From Oculina patagonica (taxonomy: Eukaryota): a stretch of 64,000 nt of DNA. The stretch lies in NCBI RefSeq assembly GCF_052425735.1, contig NC_135758.1, positions 29,140,001 through 29,204,000 on the forward strand, in the 5' to 3' direction. The position numbers and the translations under genes are program-made. Position 1 is the first letter of the stretch. Each line of letters opens with the position of its first letter. Positions 12,827 through 25,858 of the stretch are shown piece by piece. Under the pieces are notes generated by a model. It ran no database searches. It saw only the letters and a list, made by a program, of their open reading frames with translations, and was not told the origin of the DNA.

Positions 12827-13173
12827 GAAGCGAGGTTCCTCTAAAGATCATTTGTGCGCATGAACAGGCGCTTGTACCTGTTTCCAGACCCCTCGGTTTT
12901 CGTCTAATTTTGACTTCGACAGCTGTGACCCCAAACTGAGGGAAAGTTGTCTTCTTTGTCGTCTTGTTTTCTTTAGTAGATAGGAGTGAGCGCTGTCCGA
13001 TGTTCGCTACATTGATAAATCTTTGGTTGCCTTTTCAAAATTCATTGTTCATTCTTTTTACTTTTTTGTAATACCTCTTTTGACTCACCAAGAATCGCTC
13101 CTGAAGAGTCAGGGGATCTGGGTACGACATTTACTGCGTATTGAGAACGATGTCTCAGCTCGCCTGGATCATT

Positions 13174-13312
13174 CTCGGTGTAAAAACCTGTGAACCTTAC
13201 CAGTAACGCAAAGCAAAGAACGACCAAGACAACATAGAACCTCGAAACAGTATAGAGCAAGAAAACAATAGCTCCAAAATAGAGAAATAAAATCACAGGC
13301 TTTTACACCGAG
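13174..13312. mobile_element. MITE-like element with ~20-bp imperfect TIRs
   Basis: CTCGGTGTAAAAACCTGTGA ... TCACAGGCTTTTACACCGAG. Confidence 0.55.
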
Positions 13313-14989
13313 GTGAACCCGTAGACCGGCATTCTATGCGACCAGGCTCAAAAAACTAAATCGTTTTACGGCAGCTTACCTTGGCTTACATTTGCTGAAT
13401 GAACTTTATGAGCTTTTATCTTAAAGGTGCTTAAATTAAAATTCACTAACGAAGAACCATGTGTATTTTCTACAGGAAACATTTCAAACTACTCCTGAAA
13501 AAACAAAACAAAAAACAAATTGCATTACGTGACCCCCAAACAGACGTGCGCTCCAGAATTCCCAAAATGGCGCTGTTCCCGCCGTTTTTGCCCTGGTGAC
13601 ATATTTCGCCGGGAGGCGTATTTAAGAAAAGGTTTTAGTCTATTTTGAGGGAGGGGTTATTCTATCACTTTTCGTAAATACACTTGTTAATTAATACGTT
13701 AATGAGAAGTTTTTGATGGGCGAAAAACACGAAAATTATGAAAAAACTGGGGCAGCTGCGTTCAGCTTTATATTTGATAGCTGTTCGTTTTTATCCTGAT
13801 AACCAAAGAAGTCAAAACAAAAGCTTGCTTATGATAAGATTTGAGTTCTTTGGTTGAAGAAATAGCCTGTGGTAGAAGATAAAAAATGTTTTATTGCCTT
13901 TAAGAATTGGCTCAAATTCTTCTAGCTTGATCCTGAAACGCATCTTTTAGTAAATTAAATATTTGTGGATCTTACAAGAACACTTCAAAAAAGAAAGACG
14001 TTGATGGTATAACATTTCATTTTTAAATGTGTTTTTACTTTAAACGGATGTCCACTATAAGATGTTTAGACAGAAATGACAATCAAAATTTTTAGGATGT
14101 TACCCTCCAATTGGTCGAGATTTTCTCTTTCGAAACAGCCAACAAATTAAGCTTGAAAGGTAAACGCTCAAAATACCCACAGAAAGAAAACTTTGGCACT
14201 TACACGAGGGGAAATTGTGGCATTTTGCCGTAAATTAGTTAAAATAAATTTTTAATTGTAGTGAAATAAGTGGAATTATGGCATCACGTTCCAAAAAGCA
14301 ATCACACTCCTTTGCATGCTTTTTCGGCGAGCTGGCTTAAAAGCGCCATCAAGCGCTAGTCTAATTCATATTTATATTTCAATATAAGCGCTGCAGTTTA
14401 GCCGAACTGATTTTCTGCACGTTTTCGAACACTGGGCAATCAAACCCGTGGAAATGACAGAGTTGATACAATCTTTTCTATAGATTTACCAACCGATAGT
14501 CCGTCGGCAAGAGTTACCAGAAAGCTTTTTAATGACACTTATGTACACCGCAAAAACACTTATTCTACGCTACTTTCGAGAACGATTTGTGTTAAAAAGA
14601 TAGTGAACGCGCCTTCGTTTTGCGATGGTTAAAGAAACAGTTTTAAAAAGACGTGCATTTCGACGTGAAAAATTGTAAATTGCCTCGGGAAAAATGTATA
14701 TGGAACATGTTTTAGCTTGAAGCTTACATCCGGAGTGAAACCTGCTATTGAAGAAACGGCTTTTATCTCAAGTACAATCTGATTTATTCGCGAAAACTCT
14801 TTTTTTATTTAAACGGAAGCTGAATATCAGGAAAACAGTTTGTTGATTTAGTCGCTCAACACACACGACGCCGAAAGCGACAAAGACAAAAAGACATTTG
14901 ACGCAGATTTCGGGGACATTTTGCAATTTGTGGCATCTTAAATAGCTGTAACAGTTCACGGCAAATCCCAAGCAGTAAACTAGAAAGTC

Positions 14990-16030
14990 ATGTTACAGCT
15001 GGAAGGCAAAGATGATTGCGCGGCGGTGTCAGCTCCTAAGACGCTCTCTCTCTTCACGGCCGCAGTCTCCGCTCTGTTAGCACTTGTGACCGTTCCTTGT
15101 AACATCTTAGTGTGCCTGGTCATCCTCAGAAGCCCACCGCAGTTAAAGAACCTTCGCACACCTTTCACGTATTTCATTTTCAACCTTGCTCTGACAGATC
15201 TTCTCGTTGGAGCAGCAACGGAGCCAATTTCAGTGGCTTATCACCTTATGGAAGCCAGATCTGTTTCTTCGCCAAGTTTAATCAGGCTTCTACAAGTGCT
15301 GTACTTTCTACCTTGCACGGTCTCCGTGTTAAGTATCTTGGCATTAACCCTCGAGCGGTTTTACGCCATTTCTAAACCCTTCAAGTACAGACAAAATGTT
15401 AACAACTCGAGAGTATTTATGGCTTCGGGCGTGATATGGATTTTGTCGCCCGGGTTTTTAACGCCTTATTTTGTGCTGGGCTATCGCGCTTTTTCGTTTG
15501 TGTTCGCCAATGTTGTTATTCTAGTTACACTGTTTACTCTAGCTTACGCTTATTTCAAGATAATCAAAACGCTTGACCGCAGGAAGAGAATTCGCCAGGA
15601 CAGCCTACAGGGGCTGTTTATAGCCAACCAGAAGGCGACATTGTTTGAAGAAAAACTAACTCGCACGTTTACATCGATTCTGATTCTGTTTGCAGTTTGT
15701 TACGTGACGCCATGCCTGTTAATTTACATCATGAATTTATGCACAATGTGCTCTTGTGAAACTATCCACTGGTTGCGGGACTCGACGTTTTTAGCCGTTA
15801 TTTCCAATTCTGCCATTAATCCATTCCTGTACGCATGGCGCCTTCCCAGCTTCCGTCATGCGCTGAAGATTATGATGCCCGGATGCAAGTGTCGCTTGCC
15901 ATTGGCTGGAGATACCAAAGAGGATGTCAATGTAAAAGCTTGCAACCTTTCTATTCCCGTCGAGACCGCACAAACTGAGAACGGTAACTTGAGCCATTCA
16001 AAACGGAAAATTTCTAATTCTCCCTTGTAA
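14990..16030 (+). CDS. Class A (rhodopsin-like) GPCR, intronless, 346 aa; orphan resembling adenosine/amine receptors
   Basis: Seven hydrophobic segments. Motifs: CN in TM1, NLALTDLLVG in TM2, LTLERF (DRY-like), W in TM4, CYVTP in TM6 and NSAINPFLYAWR..FR in TM7/helix 8. Confidence 0.93.
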   Translation: MLQLEGKDDCAAVSAPKTLSLFTAAVSALLALVTVPCNILVCLVILRSPPQLKNLRTPFTYFIFNLALTDLLVGAATEPISVAYHLMEARSVSSPSLIRLLQVLYFLPCTVSVLSILALTLERFYAISKPFKYRQNVNNSRVFMASGVIWILSPGFLTPYFVLGYRAFSFVFANVVILVTLFTLAYAYFKIIKTLDRRKRIRQDSLQGLFIANQKATLFEEKLTRTFTSILILFAVCYVTPCLLIYIMNLCTMCSCETIHWLRDSTFLAVISNSAINPFLYAWRLPSFRHALKIMMPGCKCRLPLAGDTKEDVNVKACNLSIPVETAQTENGNLSHSKRKISNSPL

Positions 16031-17444
16031 AGCCCTTCCGGCCAATTTACATGTAAAGGAAACGTAGCACTGGACACTGAACAGAATTACTGCTATCAAA
16101 CTCTAAGTGCGTTGCTATCAGTCAAACTCTAAGAAAAAGGGTGGCTAAATAACAATGCTTTGAGTTTGGAACTAAAGCAGTAAGGAATGTGCCGTCTAAG
16201 GGCGCAGCAAAGTCAGGGTTTGCGATCATTCCACGCGAGCTCAATTTTTAGGAGTAACACTGCTTGTTCGCTGCTGCGAAAGCATGAAATTTAACAAGAG
16301 AAAAAAAAAGTGTTTTAAGGCTCCAGACTCGCTTTAAAAAGCGAAAAGTCTGTCGTTTAAGATAATAGACCCATGAAGTACAAATCACATGACATGTCTT
16401 ATTTATTTTAACATTTCTTTTTCCACCGATTAACACACTTGTATTGCGCAATTCTGATCTGTCACGTACAAATAAAGCAACTTTTTCCCATTATCAGCAA
16501 GTGAAATCTTGTTTTTTTTCCATTAACACAACATCCTTGACATGGACGTTACAGGAGGAAATGTCTACATTACTTTACAAAATCAGCAAGGCCATTAACA
16601 AAGTCTGTTAGTAACGGACAGCAAGTTCTTGTATTTACAATAAAAAAAATGGATTTTTAAACTGATAATCGCGTAGTACTGGATCAATGGGCCCCAAAAA
16701 GTAGCCTGCAATTAAAAAGTACATATCTATTAATAAAAAATTAAAGGAGTTGATACACGGATGAAAACTTACAATAAAGTCCTTTGTCTTATTTATGACC
16801 CGCCGGGACAAAAGGACTTTTCATTCTTGATTCGCGCCACTTTTATCGACCCAAAAACGGGTCGCTGCGCTTAGAACAATCAGGGTAGCCATTTCGGACG
16901 GAACTGTCAATCACAAGGGATTAGGCGCAATGAAACGTGATTTGTGGCTGAACTTTCAACATGGGGTCGATCGTGAAAGTGATAAAAGATACTTCCAAGG
17001 TCATGGGATATTCAAATTTGCAGGACAATAAAATCAATAGATCTTAGTCTGAATCTTAGCGCCGCGGTCGAAGTGCCGGTCAGTGCGAACATAAGACTAG
17101 CGGCAAGTCGCAAAGAACGAACGGAGTCGCAAAAAAAGAACGACGAAGCCGCGCTATAAATAAGACGAAGGACTTGACTGAATATTATTTAAAGTTTATG
17201 TGAACATCAGTGATCACTCGCTACAGACAGTGCTCTCATGCTATCGCGAATATCTTCTTCGCCCGTGTCACGATCTGAAGTGCGCGCTAGCCTTTTTACG
17301 AAAGTTTGTTATCCCTCCTTTCTCTGCTGCGATAACCTTACTTCTACGATTCGAAGCTTTCTCTGACTTCACGAAGCTTCCGAACTATGGTCTCATTTCT
17401 CTCAGCACAGTTTCGGCACACGATGTTTTGTCAAATAACCTTGC

Positions 17445-17743
17445 AAGCTGAACTTGCGTACACACTTACGTTGGCTTGCCAAACGGACACGCACTTTTGC
17501 TCGCAAGTGCACTAAAGTTGTGCTACTGCGCACTGCAATTCAGTACTTGAAGAAAGGTCAAGACTTGCGTTGACTTGCGTTGAGTTGTCAAACGGAAACT
17601 CTTGCGTTGACTTGCGTACAAATTTGATCTCGACCAAAGTGAACACAAGTCATCGCAAGTCAACGCAAGTGCACGCAAGTCCTGGCCAAACGGAGTCTAC
17701 TTACGTCTACATGTACTTGCGTCTCCGTTCGACCAGGCCTTAA
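17445..17743. mobile_element. Palindromic MITE-like repeat rich in ACTTGCGT/ACGCAAGT units
   Basis: Multiple GACTTGCGTT copies followed by inverted CGCAAGT copies; ends ...GACCAGGCCTTAA. Confidence 0.6.
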
Positions 17744-17939
17744 ACGTTCACTGGCCAAAATGCCAAATTTACCAGACAATTGTTTGATGACCGAATGCTA
17801 TTCAGTGCAGGCTTAAGCTTGTTGACTAAGACGTTTATACATGGGTACACCAAGCTAACGTTCAATTCGGTGGGCTTACAAGCCAGTGATTCCACTTCCG
17901 CCAGTCTCAACATTGAATGTTAAAACCCTCCTACTCACC

Positions 17940-19815
17940 TCACTTCCGGTACCACATCCTGATGGGCTTGCTGCGGCGAATCTTCTTCTGTAGCTGCAGG
18001 ACTCCATACAGCAGTGCCTCGGCTGTAGGAGGGCACCCTGGGACATAGATATCCACTGGCACAATCCTGTCACAGCCGCGAACTACTGAGTAGGAGTAGT
18101 GATAGTAGCCACCGCCATTAGCACAACTGTGTGGCCAAAATAAGAACACATCAATAATACGCAATGTTAGGCAATTAAAGGGGCTACGTCACGGTATTTG
18201 AGATAATTCTATTTATTCTCGTTAATTAAGAGCTCTAAACTTCAAATTGGCAGAGCAAAAGTCTTTTATTGGCCACATAACAAACAAGGATGATTTTCGA
18301 GCATTGTAACTGACACTTTCATACAAATTGATATAAACTTGAAAAAAGTCGAGCCGACGTTTTTCAAGTTTACCCGAAAGCAATCCGTTTTAATCTTCTC
18401 GAATTTTGCCCATCCATGCCCCTTTTTGGCCTTTCTGTGTTTCTTTTGAGTTCTTCTACAATTTTAAGCCGTTATTGTGATATCTCAGTTAATTCTATGA
18501 CTAGTTGGTCAGTGCCTAAATTGCCTAAAATTGCTTGACATAGCCCCTTTAACTGGTCATTGAATCTGTAACCGAAATATCAAAATAACGGCCTATAAAT
18601 GTAGAAGAAGTCAAAAAAAAAAACACAGAAAAGCCTTAAAAGGGAGATGGATGGAAAAGAATTGGAGAAGATTTAAACCGATTGCATTTAGGAAAAAAAT
18701 GAAAAACTTTGGCCCGACTCTTTTCGAGTTTATCTCATTTTGTATGAAAATGTCATTTAAAACGCTTGAAAATCATCATTGTTTGTTATGTGGCGTGATT
18801 TTCCACTAAAAGGCTGTTACTCTGCCCATTAAAAGGAAATGACATTATACAACTCAAAGGAGTACGTTTTTTAATGTACGTGTAAACTTCATACCTTCCC
18901 ATGGAGATAACCCAGCGTGGTTCAGGCATCTGGTCATACACCTAAAAATACAACATTTGTGTTTAACTGAGCCTTCTCAGAGAGATTCCAGCAAGACCAA
19001 AGGTACTCATACATGACTGTATGTTGCAGGTCAAAATGTTTTTTAAGGTTAATTGGTTCCCAACCTTGGTTACTGGTAACCTGTTTCAACTTGAAGATAA
19101 CATTTGATAACATTCTTACATAATTATATAACCACAAAAATGAAGTCGAGTTCATTCCCTAACAATCCCTTTGAATGGATTTAAATTGTTTTCATTTGAT
19201 TACAAGATTAAACAAATTAACCTGAAAAACAATTTGACTTGCAACATGTACATATTAAGTCACACTTAAGAGAAGCTAGTGCATACTGCTGGAGTTTACC
19301 TACAGTGTAGGTTTCCATACCATGAAGTTAGTCAGTACATGTGGGGGTATTGCTTCTTCTCCTGCGTGGGAAGGTACATGAAGCTTAATGCCATGTTACA
19401 CTCCCAGGGTTTTCATTTAGAATTGTAATAGCAGGAGAATATTGTAAAGTAACCGGAGGATGATTTTAAAGGTTCCGCATGTTAATAAAAAATATAGGTG
19501 CAGGCCTTTGAAATTTAGCCGGAGAATTCTACTTAGTAGCCGGAGATTTCTCCGATCTCCGATACCTAATGAACACCCTGCACTCCGCCGGCAGCATTTT
19601 TTTTTCAGGTTTCTATGACAGTTCAGTGGCACTTATTTTCATTGTATACTCCTGGGTGGAGAGAGGCACTATGAGAGGACAATGGACAATGCTGTTCATA
19701 TGCATATGGCTACCAACTGACGAGGTCTTCTGACGAAACTAGTTTTTGTAGTCGTGTATATTAATTAAGTGTGTTGAAAGTAAATGCAAATGAGGTTTTC
19801 CCATATCATTATGAT

Positions 19816-19866
<51 letters not shown>

Positions 19867-22800
19867 GATTTATATAGCGCCATATCCATGGCTCATGGCG
19901 CTTTACAGTAAAAATACTATTAAATAGTGAAATTTACATAAAAAATTTACATCAGTGATAAAAGGAAATACTAACAAATAAAATAGCTGAGCTGTAAAAA
20001 TGGAAATAAAAACTTAGAATCATTAAAACCTTTAAATGAAAAACTAACTTATTAACTAACTTAACTTATTAACTAAGTGACTAACTAACTGTCTAACTGA
20101 ACTATCTTAAAGAAAATCAGTGGCAATGAATATTTTTTAGAATGCACTTTGAGAACAATCATTAGCTTGCTAGATACTGGTTAATGTGTAAAAATAACTG
20201 ATAAACAGCTGTAAAAGTCTTTCTGATAGTGTACAGTTTGTATGGAAAAAGTGGTGATGGGGCTACAGCTTACATAAAGGATGTGTATTGAAGTAATGAA
20301 GAACATTTCCCACGCTCTTACAAATTTATGGAACAACACATATTTACATACATGTACATGTAGTCCTATGTAAACACAAGTACAGTGACATACACTGTAT
20401 GTATGCACCTGTATCATACAACAAAACATGGCATTGATATAGAATTCTTTCTTGCAGAATACTGTACGATGAAACCTTTATTTTTTTTCTTTAGCCTGAT
20501 AGACCAGAAATGACACTCACAAGATGCAAACGCTAAACACGTGCAGTAGCACTTCTCCAAATCTGTACAGTATTGCTGTACAAATACACATGATCACATG
20601 TCAATCGACTTCAAGTACATGTTACATGTACTTGAAGACGATTGACATGTGATCAAGTACACTGTCCATGGTATCTTACATTGACTTAGTAAGTAACTAC
20701 CACACCATTCTTTTACCTTTCTCAAAGCTGGAGCCATTTTGTTAGTCAGAGTTCCAGCAACAATCATCACATCAGCTTGGCGCTAAACAAATCAAGAGTT
20801 TGAAAAACTACTATTATCAAACATCAACATGCAGTTTTAATCTTTAAAATACTTGCTCTTCCAATGCATAATGTAATTGTGTATTAAGACAATGAGACAA
20901 AATAGACATGCACATGTAAACTACTGGTATATACTCTGTAACTTTACAGTTTAGCAGGAACAATGGCTCCTCCATACCAGCTATTTCAGTCTCTCATGTT
21001 ACAAATGTATAAGTTTGTCAGAGCCGTAACAGGGTAAAATTAAATAAATGTATTGGGGGGTGGGGGCACATCATGAGCACCAGAGGCGTGAGCTTCTAGG
21101 GGGGACCCGGCATGTTTTTTTAAATCTGTGGTCTCTAAAATAGCATTTCCAGCCTTTGGATGGAGAGCATTTTCCAGCAATCTGTAACTGCCTAGATTCA
21201 ACAGTAACAGTATCCTAACATTATTACTGTTCAACTCTTGAATATTTTTATTTTGAGTTAGCCAATTTTTGGGGGGAGAGGGGGGGCAGCCCCCCTCCCC
21301 ATGGACCCTTCCCATGCTACGGCATTGTTGTGCAACTACAAGTATATCATAACCTATAGTATAACTTCAGTTTGTTCCAAAAAAGACAAATAACTTGTAG
21401 TATGTGTGTACTTACTGGGCTTGCTCTAAACACAACACCAAACCTATCCATGTCATATCTGGGGAAAAACAAAAATGGTGCCGCATGAAGGAAACTCTAT
21501 TCTGTATTTGTCAAAATAATTTACAAGGTACATGTAGCTTAACTCTACTTACAGTTTGCGAGCTGTTATAGTAAAATGCCTTGCCCAAGAATACAACACC
21601 ACAAGAAACCTTCCCAGGTGCAAACCTGAACCTCTCTGGAGTATAGCACATAATAATATAACAATAATAATAAAAAAATATAGTGCCATATCTATGGCTT
21701 CTGGGGCTTTTTATAGTAAAAAATAATGAAAAGTGGAATTTACATTAAAAATTTACATCAGTGATAAAAAAAACTTTACTTACTGTAAAATAGCTAAGCT
21801 GTTAGATGAAAATTAAACTAAAAAAATGAAAATGAAACTGAAAATAAAACTAACAATACATGGCCCATTAGGTCATCACAACTTTGATAGAGAAACATAC
21901 ATGTTCATGTAACTTCACATATTTGTCTTATTGGTGCTTACTACTAATCAATGTCTTACTGTTGAATGTTAGCAGTACTTATCTGATGTAAATTAAATTT
22001 ATTTAAGATGTACCTTGGTGCAGCAAAATGCATCATCTCAACAGCACAACAGGCAAGACCAAATGTCATTGGCCACAATGAGCCCTTTTATAAAGAAAGA
22101 AACTTTTAGAGCACTGAGGTTTCATATTACAAATTGTACAGCATTGCAAGTAATAAGTATGAACAATATAAGACTTCTACTACATGTATTCTATGTAGAG
22201 GTGACTAAAAATTTGTCTCACAGTACTGTTATCTATTTGTAATTTGTGTTTGCATTGGTTTTGTATTACTACACTCAGTGATTGGTTTAAATCTCTCGCA
22301 CCACTTTCTCAGCCAATCAGAAGTAAAACCAAAACCAATCTTGACTTGCTTGTGCACGTTTTTCTGCACTTCGTGCCGGCAACATGTATTTGCTTTGAGT
22401 TTTGATTGGCTTAGTGGATTGTCTATGTCTTTTGTGATTGGCCAGAGTGATCACTTTGGTTTTGGTTTTATGACACTCTATTGAAAACTGCTCTATTTAT
22501 TACCCCAAGGCAGGATTTTCAAAACAAGCCGGCACCCGCCGGAGTTCCACCGGCCACTTGATTTTATGTGACTGGTTACTTTGGCTCTAGCAATCAGTTT
22601 GTGAGAAACAAGCTTGGCTTGTCATAGCTGCCTACTCTTCCAGTTGCTGAGGCCTACTTCAAAACATTTTGAAATCCCTGCCAAGGTGAAAACTTAAAGA
22701 AAACCATTCATATGTATGTACGTGATCATTGTACATCTTTGTTACTAAAGTGATCCATGAAATCAAAATAAATAATCATCATAAGAACAACAAAATTAAT

Positions 22801-25800
22801 TCTTTGAACATAAAACATGGTTATACTAATACACTACTTGTATAATTTATATACTAATACTAATACATTGATTCTGAAAGCTTACCCTACGAGCCCAGTT
22901 CACTATGTCATCAACTCTGGCAATGACATATTCTGCAAAACAAAATAAAAAACAGATGTTCAGTTTATGACAACATACATGTACATGTAAGTTGCACTAC
23001 CTAGGCCTGCCAGAACAATTAAGATGTACATGTATATGGAAGCATATTCAAAGCGTAGGTACACAATGCCTTGTTTCTACAGTCACACAAGTTACACTTC
23101 ATACAATCATATAAATTATTTTCATACATGCGCATGTACATTATACATGTTACTTATTGTAACTCTTGGCTGTGGTGTGCTGATAAATGTTGCATATAAC
23201 ACCGGATTTCTTTACTGAAAATTTCTTTACTGTTTACAAATAGGATGGTTCAAGAAATTGAACCAATTGTGTAACACGGTGAATAGACCTTCGGCTAATG
23301 GATGCACAATGTCAAAACTGGAATGTTCTTAAAGAACCAAACAAACAGAATGGGATTTTACTGACATGAGTGTGTAATTGCAAATATATTTTCAATAACA
23401 ATATTGTTTGACATTTTGTCTAGAACAGAACAACAATAAAACAGACGGATACAGGAAAACCCTGCAAAAAGTATTCTTGTTTCTCTCTTTGCATGGTTCT
23501 TCGCCCAACTGGCAGTTAAATTTAACACATTTGGGCAGCTAAAACATGGTGAGGACACCTTGATTTGATCAAGCAAATAATTATCAGTCTGTCATAATGT
23601 ACATGTTAAAAAAAAACAACCAATACCTGCAGCATTGTCCAACTTTCCTTTTGGCTTAGCAGAAAAGCCAGTACTAATGCTCTGGTTTTTATTAACAGCC
23701 ACTAGTCTACAGAAACATAGGAAACAACATTGTAAAAACCCTTCGAAATTCAGGCTTCAAAGAATTGACTGCCACAAAAGAAAAAATTGAGAAACACAAT
23801 TACATTTTTTCATTGTAAACAATGATTTCTCTGCATAAGTATACAATCATGTGTATTCCTTCTTGTAAGATGCAACTTGCATGTGTACATGTATACACAC
23901 ATGTACTGTAAGATGACACAGTGCATGGAGTGTGTAACAATACAAATAATTTATATTGTTCAGTAACAATGAAAAAGAAAAACAAACCAATAGAAGTCCT
24001 TTTTAACAGAGGTGTCTAATCTTTTTTTAATATAATTATGTCTTATGGGACTGGAGCTCTCAACAAACCCTTTTGTATTTCATATGAAGATAACTTTCTA
24101 CTTAACACACCACTTACCCTTGGGGACCTGCCCTCCATAGCATTACACTGTTAAAGAGTCCATGGCTTAAAGCTGGCAAGCCACTGCAACCTGGAATGAT
24201 AGCAAATTTAGCTCTTTAGCTGACTATATGTGGATGGCCTTGAGAAAAAACTGTCTGGGTCTTGGGTAATGAAAGGCTAGAAAGTTTCATGAACTGTTTG
24301 GGGGCAACAACAAAAAACCAAACAAACCCTTTATAACTAGTAATAGTTCTCACTATAAAGCTGCCCCCGCCTTTTTATAATTTGTTTTACAGCAATAATC
24401 TAGGATTAGTGGAGTCTTTTGTCGCCTTTAATTATTGATGCCGATGGACTGCACAATTAGGCTTCTTATTTACTGTGCAATGTACGTCATGACATTGTTT
24501 GCTGCGGAATTTCTTGTTCACAAGTTCAAGACGAATATATTACCTAGCACGCGGAAATATTAACCTAGCGGAAATACACATAACGCATTATTCGTGGTGA
24601 CAACACGCAAGCTTATTTCCTGGCTAGGGCTTATAACATTCAAAATTAACTTTAATACTAACAATAATTTCCAGGCCAAAAAGCCTAAAAATTCCGCGAG
24701 TAACAAAATATGGCACAGTTCAAAGATTCGAGAAAACAATTTTTGATTCTTATTCAACCCACTCTTTGGATCAAATAATCTGACAGTTTGTTAGCGAAAC
24801 GAATTACCTTGTATTACATTTTTGTTTATCACTCGTTGTATTAAAGATGTATACGATACAAACCCCCGAAAGCAAACGCCGGTTGACGCTCGAACCAGCT
24901 CTTGGAACACAGGTAGCCAAGAACACGAAACCAATTGCTCGAAATCTTTCGACGTATTACTAACGACTGCTTCAAATATCACTTATAGCAGAGAAATTGC
25001 TCGAACAAATCTGTGAACACACGTAAACCAAAACCGGAAAACGAAATGCTGCTAGAAGATGGCGAAGCTCGAAGGTGACGAAACAGGACCTCGTGGTTGC
25101 AAGTACCCGACACCACCGTGCGCGCTTGCTAAAATATTACCCGAGACGACCGTGCGCGCCTAGTTTTGTCAAATCGAGAACTCTTCGCCCATTACAAACA
25201 CATTTCTTACTTTTTCAACAAATATTCTTTGTTCTTGTATGTATACACCCGGGGACTCCTAGGGTGCCTCCTCGGGTTTTGGCCTCTGGGCCAAAACCCT
25301 GCGGGGGCAATCAAATATAAAATTTCAATGATGGCTTACAAATGTCCTGTCATAGTATAATATCAGTGCCATCGCTGACTTCTTTAAAAGAATTTTACAA
25401 TTTGAAAACCCCAAAAATCAGTTAAGTTAGTTACTAAACTTTCAAATTTAGGCAGCCAAAATCTCATAAATTTACTGAAACCTAAAAACACGTTATTTTA
25501 AGATCAGGTTTTTAATCCTGCTACTTATGTTTAAATAAGTAATTTTAACTTTAAGTAAATACGTAGGTAAATACGCCTAAATTAGTGCACAGTGACTGAA
25601 CTAAATGGGCATAGATATAAGTGCGTTATGTACAAAGAGCAGACACTCGACATTCTTCAAGCTGCTTCAAGCTAACATTAAACGTCGATTAAAGGCTGTT
25701 ATTGCTAGCTCAAAGTTCACGATTTATAAAACAAACTCTAAACTGGTAACCAAAAATTAAAACTTTATAACGATAGGAAAGGAGAGCACATACTAAGGAC

Positions 25801-25858
25801 GTTTTAGCAAGAAAAAGCGAACGCAAAACAACTCACCTCTCCACAGCGCGACCGCCAT
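17940..25858 (-). CDS. NDUFS7: NADH:ubiquinone oxidoreductase Fe-S subunit 7 (PSST), 211 aa, 9 exons
   Basis: Exons 25858-25837, 24190-24118, 23706-23627, 22932-22886, 22084-22014, 21458-21416, 20782-20717, 18941-18895 and 18126-17940. All introns are GT-AG with consistent phases (636 nt). The protein contains [49 protein letters not shown] and [15 protein letters not shown]. Confidence 0.97.
18179..18548. mobile_element. Non-autonomous DNA transposon with a TTAA TSD (Kolobok/piggyBac-type) in NDUFS7 intron 8
   Basis: TTAA|AGGGGCTACGTCA ... TGACATAGCCCCT|TTAA. Confidence 0.75.
19711..19760 (+). ncRNA. Minimal hammerhead-ribozyme-like motif, antisense to NDUFS7
   Basis: CTGACGA-G-GTC-TTCT-GAC-GAA-ACTA-GTTTTTG-TAGT-C: catalytic core, stem II, stem III and a GUC site. 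Stem I is poorly paired. Confidence 0.45.
19817..19864. repeat. (TAA)n microsatellite, probably the tail of a reversed LINE 3' end; related copy at ~21650-21850
   Basis: About 16 TAA units followed by ...TATAGCGCCATATCCATGGCT..., which recurs at ~21680. Confidence 0.85.
20591..20655. repeat. Near-perfect 65-bp palindrome (32-bp arms, 1 mismatch, 1-nt centre) in NDUFS7 intron 7
   Basis: TGATCACATGTCAATCGACTTCAAGTACATGT-T-ACATGTACTTGAAGACGATTGACATGTGATCA. Confidence 0.9.
21019..21327. mobile_element. hAT-like MITE related to the element at 57018-57483
   Basis: Ends CAGAGCCGTAACAGGGTAAAA ... CCATGCTACGGCATTG; shares the G/C runs and the AATAGCATTTCCA motif with the 57-kb element. Confidence 0.55.
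22511..22680. mobile_element. MITE with CAGG...CCTG ends and a 6-bp TSD
   Basis: CCAAGG|CAGGATTTTCAAAA ... TTTTGAAATCCCTG|CCAAGG. Confidence 0.7.
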
